A DNA stretch of 64,000 nucleotides from Antedon mediterranea (Eukaryota > Animalia > Echinodermata). Below are positions 54,480 through 64,000 of the stretch, piece after piece. The stretch lies in NCBI RefSeq assembly GCF_964355755.1, contig NC_092678.1, positions 9,440,422 to 9,504,421 on the forward strand, written 5' to 3'. Both the position numbers and the translations under genes were made by a program. Below the pieces are notes generated by a model. It was not told the DNA's origin. It saw only the letters and a program-made list of their open reading frames with translations, and did not search any database. How positions within the stretch are numbered: the stretch's first letter is position 1; every line of letters begins with the position of its first letter.

Positions 54480-55781
54480 CATATGTTGTTTAAATCAGTT
54501 CAACAATTCTGATTAAACCATGACACATGTTTTGTTTAAATCAGGTCAGCAATTACTGATTAAACTATGACACATGATTTGTTTAAATCAACTAAGCAAC
54601 TAATGTCTAAAAAACCACACATGATTTGTTTAAACATGGAGTAAATATAACTCTATGGTTTAAATCAGTTCAACAATTACTGATTAAACCAGGACACATG
54701 TTTTGTTTAAATCAACTAAGCAAACTGATTAAACCACCACACATGTTTTGTTTAAATCAGGTCAACAATTACTGATTAAACCACCACACATGTTTTGTTT
54801 AAATCAGGTCAACAATTACTGATTAAACCATGACATATGTTTTGTTTAAATCAGGTCAACAATTACTTATCCATGACACATGTTTTGTTTAAATCAACTA
54901 AGCAACTAATGTCTAAAAAACCACACATGTTTTGTTTAAACATGGAGTAAATATAACTCTATGGTTTAAATCAGTTCAACAATTACTGATTAAACCTTGA
55001 CACATGTTTTGTTTAAATCAACTAAGCAACTAATGTCTAAAAAACCACACATGTTTTGTTTAAACATGGAGTAAATATAACTCCATGGTTTAAATCAGTT
55101 CAACAATTACTGATTAAACCATGACACATGTTTTGTTTAAATCAACTAAGCAAACTGATTAAACCACAACACATGTTTTGTTTAAATCAGGTCAACAATT
55201 AATGATTAAACCATGACATATGTTTTGTTTAAATCAGGTCAACAATTACTGATTAAACCATGACACATGTTTTGTTTAAATCAGTTCAACACTTACTTAT
55301 TAAACCATGACACATGTTTTGTTTAAATCAACTAAGCAACTAATGTCTAAAAAACCACACATGTTTTGTTTAAACATGGAGTAAATATAACTCTATGGTT
55401 TAAATCAGTTCAACAATTACTGATTAAACCTTGACACATGTTTTGTTTAAATCAACTAAGCAACTAATGTCTAAAAAACCACACATGTTTTGTTTAAACA
55501 TGGAGTAAATATAACTCCATGGTTTAAATCAGTTCAACAATTACTGATTAAACCATGACACATGTTTTGTTTAAATCAACTAAGCAAACTGATTAAACCA
55601 CAACACATGTTTTGTTTAAATCAGGTCAACAATTAATGATTAAACCATGACATATGTTTTGTTTAAATCAGGTCAACAATTACTGATTAAACCATGACAC
55701 ATGTTTTGTTTAAATCAGTTCAACACTTACTTATTAAACCATGACACATGTTTTGTTTAAATCAACTAAGCAACTAATGTT
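54480..55781. repeat. ~47-bp tandem repeat (TTAAACCATGACACATGTTTTGTTTAAATCAGGTCAACAATTACTGA) with a 434-bp higher-order duplication
   Basis: AAACC at 54731 and 54778 gives 47 bp. Variant markers recur 434 bp apart (54995/55429; 55161/55595). A degenerate outlier lies at ~52790-52882. Confidence 0.95.
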
Positions 55782-55925
55782 AAGGATTCATCTATTGTTA
55801 TTGCAAAGCCATTAACATATATTATTAACTTATAACTTGTCACAGGTGTTTTTCATGATGACTTGAAGGTGGCACAAGTGACTCCAATTTTTAAAAAGGG
55901 TTATAAGGATATCCTTGGAAATTAT
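55782..55925 (+). pseudogene. CR1/L2-type LINE ORF2 fragment just upstream of the RT domain
   Basis: KDSSIVIAKPLTYIINL*LVTGVFHDDLKVAQVTPIFKKGYKDILGNY matches the IAxPLTxIINxSxxxGxFPxxLKxAxVxPIFKKG...NY motif. Confidence 0.85.
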
Positions 55926-58900
55926 CTAAACTGTTACTGACTACATTTTGACTATACAGTCCATTGATTATTCTACTATGTATTTGCAGTTTAAATTCTC
56001 TAAACTGTTACTGACTAATCAACTACATTTTGACTAGACAATTCACTGATTATTCTACTATGTATTTGGATTTTAAATTCTCTAAACTGTTACTGAATAA
56101 TCAACTGTCTTTTGACTAAACAATTCACTGATTATTCTACTATGTATTTGCAGTTTAAATTCTCTAAACTGTTACTGAATAATAAACGGTCTTTTGACTA
56201 AACAATTCACTGATTATTCTACTATGTATTTACAGTTTAAATTCTCTAAACTGTTACTGACTAATCAACTACATTTTGACTAGACAATTCACTGATTATT
56301 CTACTATGTATTTGCAGTTTAAATTCTCTAAACTGTTACTGACTAATCAACTACATTTTGACTAGACAATTCACTGATTATTCTACTATGTATTTGCAGT
56401 TTAAATTCTCTAAACTGTTACTGAATAATCAACTGTCTTTTGACTAAACAATTCACTGATTATTCTACTATGTATTTTCAGTTTAAATTATCTAAACTTT
56501 TACTGACTAATCAACTACATTTCGACTAGACAATTCACTGATTATTCTAATATGTATTTGCAGTTTAAATTCTCTAAACTGTTACTGAATAATCAACTGT
56601 ATTTTGACTAGACAATTCATTGATTATTGTACTATTTACACATAGTTTAAATTCTCTAAACTGTTACTGAATAATCAACTGTCTTTTGACTAAACAATTC
56701 ACTGATTATTCTACTATGTATTTGCAGTTTAAATTCTCTAAACTGTTACTGAATAATAAACGGTCTTTTGACTAAACAATTCACTGATTATTCTACTATG
56801 TATTTACAGTTTAAATTCTCTAAACTGTTACTGACTAATCAACTACATTTTGACTAGACAATTCACTGATTATTCTACTATGTATTTGCAGTTTAAATTA
56901 TCTAAACTTTTACTGACTAATCAACTACATTTCGACTAGACAATTCACTGATTATTCTAATATGTATTTGCAGTTTAAATTCTCTAAACTGTTACTGAAT
57001 AATCAACTGTATTTTGACTAGACAATTCATTGATTATTGTACTATTTACACATAGTTTAAATTCTCTAAACTGTTACTGAATAATCAACTGTCTTTTGAC
57101 TAAACAATTCACTGATTATTCTACTATGTATTTGCAGTTTAAATTCTCTAAACTGTTACTGAATAATAAACGGTCTTTTGACTAAACAATTCACTGATTA
57201 TTCTACTATGTATTTACAGTTTAAATTCTCTAAACTGTTACTGACTAATCAACTACATTTTGACTAGACAATTCACTGATTATTCTACTATGTATTTGCA
57301 GTTTAAATTCTCTAAACTGTTACTGACTAATCAACTACATTTTGACTAGACAATTCATTGATTATTCTACTATGTATTTGCAGTTTAAATTCTCTAAACT
57401 GTTACTGAATAATCAACTACATTTTGACTAGACAATTCACTGATTATTCTACTATGTATTTGCAGTTTAAATTCTCTAAACTGTTACTGAATAATCAACT
57501 GTCTTTTGACTAAACAATTCACTGATTATTCTACTATGTATTTTCAGTTTAAATTATCTAAACTTTTACTGACTAATCAACTACATTTCGACTAGACAAT
57601 TCACTGATTATTCTAATATGTATTTGCAGTTTAAATTCTCTAAACTTTTACTGAATAATCAACTGTATTTTGACTAGACAATTCATTGATTATTGTACTA
57701 TTTACACATAGTTTAAATTCTCTAAACTGTTACTGAATAATCAACTGTCTTTTGACTAGACAATTCACTGATTATTCTACTATGTATTTGCAGTTTAAAT
57801 TCTCTAAACTGTTACTGAATAATCAACTGTCTTTTGACTAAACAATTCACTGATTATTCTACTATGTATTTGCAGTTTAAATTCTCTAAACTGTTACTGA
57901 ATAATAAACGGTCTTTTGACTAAACAATTCACTGATTATTCTACTATGTATTTACAGTTTAAATTCTCTAAACTGTTACTGACTAATCAACTACATTTCG
58001 ACTAGACAATTCACTGATTATTCTACTATGTATTTGCAGTTTAAATTCCCTAAACTGTTACTGAATAATCAACTGTATTTTGACTAGACAATTCACTGAT
58101 TATTCTAATATGTATTTGCAGTTTAAATTATCTAAACTGTTACTGAATAATAAACGGTCTTTTGACTGGACAATTCATTGATTATTCTACTATTTACACA
58201 CAGTTTAAATTCTCTAAACTGTTACTGACTAATCAACTACTTTTGACTAGACAATTCACTGATTATTCTACTATGTATTTGCAGTTTAAATTCTCTAAAC
58301 TGTTACTGAATAATAAACGGTCTTTTGACTAGACAATTCACTGATTATTCTACTATGTATTTGCAGTTTAAATTATCTAAACTGTTTCTGAATAATCAAC
58401 TACATTTTGACTAGACAATTCACTGATTATTCTACTATGTATTTGCAGTTTAAATTCTCTAAACTGTTACTGAATAATAAACGGTCTTTTGACTAAACAA
58501 TTCACTGATTATTCTACTATGTATTTGCAGTTTAAATTCTATAAACTGTTACTGAATAATAAACGGTCTTTTGACTAAACAATTCACTGATTATTCTACT
58601 ATGTATTTACAGTTTAAATTCTCTAAACTGTTACTGAATAATAAACGGTCTTTTGACTAGACAATTCACTGATTATTCTACTATGTATTTGCAGTTTAAA
58701 TTATCTAAACTTTTACTGACTAATCAACTACATTTCGACTAGACAATTCACTGATTATTCTAATATGTATTTGCAGTTTAAATTCTCTAAACTGTTACTG
58801 AATAATCAACTGTATTTTGACTAGACAATTCATTGATTATTGTACTATTTACACATAGTTTAAATTCTCTAAACTGTTACTGAATAATCAACTGTCTTTT

Positions 58901-60008
58901 GACTAAACAATTCACTGATTATTCTACTATGTATTTGCAGTTTAAATTCTCTAAACTGTTACTGAATAATAAACTACATTTTGACTAGACAATTCACTGA
59001 TTATTCTACTATGTATTTGCAGTTTAAATTATCTAAACTGTTACTGAATAATCAACTGTATTTTGACTAAACAATTCACTGATTATTCTACTATGTATTT
59101 GCAGTTTAAATTCTATAAACTGTTACTGAATAATAAACGGTCTTTTGACTAAACAATTCACTGATTATTCTACTATGTATTTACAGTTTAAATTCTCTAA
59201 ACTGTTACTGAATAATAAACGGTCTTTTGACTAGACAATTCACTGATTATTCTACTATGTATTTGCAGTTTAAATTATCTAAACTGTTACTGATTAATCA
59301 ACTACATTTCGACTAGACAATTCACTGATTATTCTACTATATGTATTTGCAGTTTAAATTATCTAAACTGTTACTGACTAATCAAGTACATTTTGACTAG
59401 ACAATTCACTGATTATTCTACTATGTATTTGCAGTTTAAATTATCTAAACTGTTACTGAATAATAAACGGCCTTTTGACTAGACAATTCACTGATTATTC
59501 TACTATTTACACACAGTTTAAATTCCCTAAACTGTTACTGAATAATCAACTGTATTTTGACTAGACAATTCATTGATTATTCTAATATTTATACACAGTT
59601 TAAATTATCTAAACTGTTACTGACTAATCAACTACTTTTGACTAGACAATTCACTTATTATTCTACTATGTATGTGCAGTTTAAATTCTCTAAACTGTTA
59701 CTGAATAATCAACTGTATTTTGACTAGACAATTCATTGATTTTTCTACTATTTACACACAGTTTAAATTCTCTAAACTGTTACTGACTAATCAACTACTT
59801 TTCGACTAGACAATTCACTGATTATTCTACTATGTATTTGCAGTTTAAATTATCTAAACTGTTACTGAATAATCATTTACATTTTGACTAGACAATTCAC
59901 TGATTATTCTACTATTTACACACAGTTTAAATTATCTAAACTGTTACTGAATAATCAACTACATTTTGACTAGACAATTCACTGATTATTCTACTATTAC
60001 TGAATAAT
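55926..60008. repeat. 82-bp tandem repeat, about 50 copies
   Basis: Unit CTAAACTGTTACTGAATAATCAACTGTCTTTTGACTAAACAATTCACTGATTATTCTACTATGTATTTGCAGTTTAAATTCT; TAAACTG at 56001 and 56083. Confidence 0.98.
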
Positions 60009-60203
60009 ATATACATACAGTTTATTTAGTGATATTTTCCCCGACGATCTATTTCTGTAAATAATAAATAAACATGTATAATTAATTTATGTATGATAGC
60101 ACTGTATTTCACTTACTTTGAAAGAAGACAGGCAAATCTTCATAGTTCTATAGAAAACTTGCAATGCTTTTAAATAATTTCTTGCTACTGCATGCCACTG
60201 AAA

Positions 60204-63200
60204 TTAAAAACATAAACCTACCTTTGGATACATCCTCCTCATTTTGTCATATAACTGTTGAAATTCATAGTAATGGAGAACTGGATTTTTGTTATAGACT
60301 TCTCTTGCCTACAAAAAAAAATAAAAATTGTATTTAATAATGTGATGGTGATTATTACAATTAAATAGATAATACATAAACATTAAACATACTGTTCTTT
60401 TTGGCACATGACCCTCTTCTATTTGTCTGCCAAACAATTTAAATACAGCGTCCATAACGTCTTGGTTGTCGAATTTCGACTTTGGGCCATGTTTGCTTAG
60501 TGGATGGCTTACAGACTAGTTATATTGAAAGTAGAAAAATAATAAAGTCAAATTAATAGGTGAAATAAGTTTTACAGAAAATGTACTTTAGTATTTCAAA
60601 TGAGAATTGTATTGATGTTTTAGATAACAATAATAATGACAATAATACCAGGAGTAATTAAAGTGCTTGTAAGATTATCTGGTGGATGATGTTAATATGA
60701 AATTGTATGCCACATATGGATTTGATTATGGGTGATTAGCATAGATTAAATTAAAATAAAATAAACACATTCTATAAACTCAGTACTACACAAAACTAAA
60801 AATGCATGCAGTTATTTGGTGGTTGATGTTAAAATAAAAGTGTATGCCACATCAGGATTTGAACCCGAGACAAGAGTGTCGATGCTCTACCAGCTGAACT
60901 ATGATAGCATCCTATAAAAGAAATAGATTTTAGTGATTAGCATGGATTAACACATTCTATAAACCACTAAACAAACAAAAAACGTGCATGCAGTTATCTG
61001 GTGGATGATGTTAATATGAAAGTGTATGGCACATCAGGATTTGAACCCGAGACCAGAATGCCGATGCTCTACAAGCTGAGCTATGATAGCATCCTATAAA
61101 AGAAATAGATTTTAGTGATTAGCATGGATTAACACATTCTATAAACCACTAAACAAACAAAAAACGTGCATGCAGTTATCTGGTGGATGATGTTAATATG
61201 AAGGTGTATGCCACATCAGGATTTGAATCTGAAAAATTAGCATAGATTAAACTAAAATAAAACAAACACACAAACACATTCTATAAACTACTAAGCTACC
61301 AACTGAGCTATGATAGCATTCTATAACAGAAGAAGATGTTGATATTTAGTATGGAAAAATCATTCTGAAAACTACTACATTTAAACAGTATACAACTGCA
61401 AAGTGAGGATTTGAACAATTACTTTAGAAACTACAGAAGTTATCTTGGGGAGGCCTCAAATTAGTTTGTATAAATAAATTAACTAAGCATACAAACTAGA
61501 GAATACAAAGAGTAATGTGCAAATTTAAAAAGTAAACATTTTCCTGTTTTTTGAGATACCAAGACCTGATAAAAACAGTTAAAGAATGTCCATACAAGTA
61601 CAAGGGACATTTTGCTGACCTGAAATAAAAACTAATTAAACAAGTACAGTAAAGCAAAATATACCAGGAAACTTTGCTGACCTGGTAAAAACATTAGTGC
61701 AATATATTGGGAGACTCAAAATCCTACCATCACCCAAGGAATCATACTGCAGTACTAAAACGATAATGTACAGTACTCATACAAATTGTTTAAAAATACT
61801 ACATCAACGTTGACCATATATTGCAGTACCAATTAAAAAGAGTGTGGTCTGGCAATATTAGTTTGATGCTTTACAAATGTGTCCTTATTAACAATTATTG
61901 AATACTTACAGATGATGGCGCTTCATTCGCATGTGCTTGAGAAATTTCCTGGTGAATGTAAAATAATATTGTACATAATACCATTACTTGTTTCATTATT
62001 CGTAAAGAGGTATACAAGATAATAATAATGATTACATAGAATTCAGTCCTGTAAATAAATGGACACTGGAAAAATATATATTTATGTGAAAATTGTATCT
62101 TACCAGCATTTCATCTATGGTGTCCTCCACACTTGAAAATGCAACCTAGAAAAGATATACCTTAAAGTGAAGTATGTATTGCATTTGGGATAATAAAAGC
62201 TTAACATTAAAATGATTTAAGATGCGAAATTGTTTTCCTTTAATTGGTAGTTATACAGCATTTATAAAACACATAAATTATACAGTTTGCATTCTTTTGT
62301 TTTTTATATGAAAGTAATGACCATCCTTACCTGGACATCAGCAGTTTCATTTATATTCTGAAAGAGTGTACATAGCACATTAAAAAAAGTAAAGTAAAAT
62401 TTTAGTTAATAGATGCAATGTTTGTTTTCTTGTTGATTGCTAATTATTAAAGTGTTAGATATATTCTTTATATTATGTTATGTTTCAATACAAAATAAAC
62501 ATCTTTCGGGATACAAACATTTTAGACAGAAATTAAATCTTACCCCACTTCTCCCGAGTTGACGGTTTGCAGCTATAAGATTGTGGGCTCTTACAGCCGT
62601 CTCCCGGGACTGCGTGGCCTTATAGTACGCCTCTTGCGTTGATAATGTGTGGGCCATATGGTCAGCAACCACAACTCTTTCCCTTTCGTCGCAGTGACCC
62701 CAGGACTGATGAAATTATTTAAAGAGAAGGTAATATGTAATGAATTATTCTACACTTACAAATTGTGTCCCACATAATTCCCAAAACATGGTTTATCACT
62801 TGAAAATAATATTTCTCATCTATTGATAGGTTTAAAGCAATTTAAGTAACAATAATAATAATAATAATAATAAACAGTATTTATATAGCGCCTAATGGAT
62901 CACTGACCCCTCTAGGTGCTTTACATAGGACCTTAAATAATGGTAATAAACTATCCCCCGCCGGACACCATTCCGGTATTTCTTAGTCGAGCTTTCGGGG
63001 ATGGAGACAATCAATAATGTGAGGAAAAAAAATGTAATAAAGCTTAACTATGTTTAACTAAGGTAAAACAATCACATACTAGAGTGGCTGCTGCCTTTCT
63101 TAAATTGGTGGGATTGATGGGCCTGGTGCTGTGTGTTACTTCCGCCCAGTGGCGGGTCATTTCCTGAGCGCATCTAATTGATGCCCCTGTGCAACTCAGG

Positions 63201-63924
63201 AACAGGTGGTCGGTTGCCGATTGTATTGGCCTACAGTACTTTATGTAAATCTCTATTAATTCAGCCAGCTCTTCAGTTATCACTAAATTTGCTGCACCAA
63301 ATTTACAAGATGTTTTATGCTTTGAAACCTGCAAAATCACTTAATGATTATTAACATATAACATATAGACAACATAACAAAATTGGTTGCTAATGATGTT
63401 TTATAATTCACAATACTCTTACTGTTCTGTAGCTTACTTCATCGACTTCATCATATTTCTGTAGCTGTTGATTTGTGTAATGATAGCCCACTGAACAACT
63501 TAAACTGTGTACAACAACCAAAACATGTAAACTGTTAATTCATATATTCAAGAATACATTAAAAAATGTATATTGTACTCACTTTCATAACTGACATGCC
63601 ATTTGTGGCTGCTGTTCTTTTATAATACTGCTCCAAAGTAGCATTCGCCAGAACACCAGTCCTACAACCATTATTCATGGCCAGAAGTAGCATAATATGA
63701 ATGCGGAGGAACCGCTTAGATGGGTTTTCCATATTCTCCCCGTTTTTTATCCTTTCTGAAAGTTTGATAAACAGTTTTTTTAATAAAAACTAAATTTGGT
63801 TGAGGAACCACTTTAGTACTAAAAATCTGTTGAATCAAACTTATACATCAGTAGATTTGTATAAGTGAAGGAGCAAGACCGAAAAAAACCCCATAAAATA
63901 TGGATTTCTTACCAATAGCATTTT
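60204..63924 (-). CDS. Multi-exon tyrosine recombinase (lambda-integrase fold) gene; 5' end lies beyond the window
   Basis: GT-AG exons 63924-63913, 63755-63583, 63328-63080, 62705-62544, 62357-62331, 62145-62104, 61948-61910, 60515-60393 and 60308-60222 join in frame without stops: ...IMLLLAMNNGCRTGVLANATLEQY...VMK/VSKHKTSCKFGAANLVI...YIKYCRP...LFLSCTG...INPTNLRKAAATL/SWGH...VADHMAHTLSTQEAYYK...VFKLFGRQIEEGHVPKRT/AREVYNKNPVLHYYEFQQLYDKMRRMYPK. The 3' end is uncertain: read-through stop at 60204-60206, or further exons. Confidence 0.88.
60680..61320 (-). repeat. 182-bp tandem repeat containing tRNA-derived heads (Pol III A and B boxes), in a recombinase intron
   Basis: Minus strand 60908-60846 reads GCTATCATAGTTCAGCTGGTAGAGCATCGACACTCTTGTCTCGGGTTCAAATCCTGATGTGGC. 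A second copy is at 61090-61028, with partial copies at ~60709 and ~61210. Only 63 nt, with a defective anticodon arm. Confidence 0.75.
62851..62925 (-). mobile_element. L2-type LINE/SINE 3' tail in a recombinase intron
   Basis: Minus strand TGTAAAGCACCTAGAG...AGGCGCTATATAAATACTGTT(TAT)n, resembling the L2-clade 3' stem-loop plus short-repeat tail. Confidence 0.7.
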
Positions 63925-64000
63925 CTAAAAGAAATACATTTTTATGATCAGCACAAATTAAAAATAAAATGAAATAAAAGAAATAACATGTGCATGTCAG

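Noticed and set aside
60846-61090. Functional tRNA genes
   Set aside because: Only 63 nt, with an imperfect acceptor stem and no proper anticodon arm; treated as tRNA-derived repeats.
62036-62048. 13-nt candidate exon in the recombinase linker
   Set aside because: Introduces an immediate TGA and breaks the frame; flanking exons join cleanly without it.
63438-63458. In-frame 21-nt candidate exon (KYDEVDE) in the recombinase
   Set aside because: Has AG/GTAAG borders but would split the strand leading into the catalytic KHKT motif; left out pending RNA evidence.

Overview
Eukaryotic, AT-rich, intron-bearing DNA, probably from a marine invertebrate; the host taxon is an inference only. Positions 1-45,535 are a strand-asymmetric pyrimidine-rich satellite, consensus (GCTGATCTATCTCTCTCTC)n, with ~1.75 kb higher-order units. 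Two near-identical islands of a ~186-bp hairpin-forming satellite interrupt it; they carry a ~200-bp Helentron/DINE-like insertion. A 5'-truncated LINE 3' end also interrupts it. The satellite stops abruptly at ~45,536. The remaining 18.5 kb is a patchwork: the degraded spliced 3' half of a probable Dada-type (DUF6729-family) transposase, a pogo-like MITE, a Gmr1-order Gypsy fragment split by a Rex/Babar-like LINE, a CR1-like fragment, 47-bp and 82-bp tandem arrays, and tRNA-derived repeats. The most notable feature is an apparently intact multi-exon tyrosine recombinase gene on the minus strand (~60,204 to beyond 64,000). It has R-K-(T)xxR-H-Y catalytic residues, several micro-exons and a short helical C-terminal domain. 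All exon models and family assignments come from manual translation and motif recognition; no searches were run.
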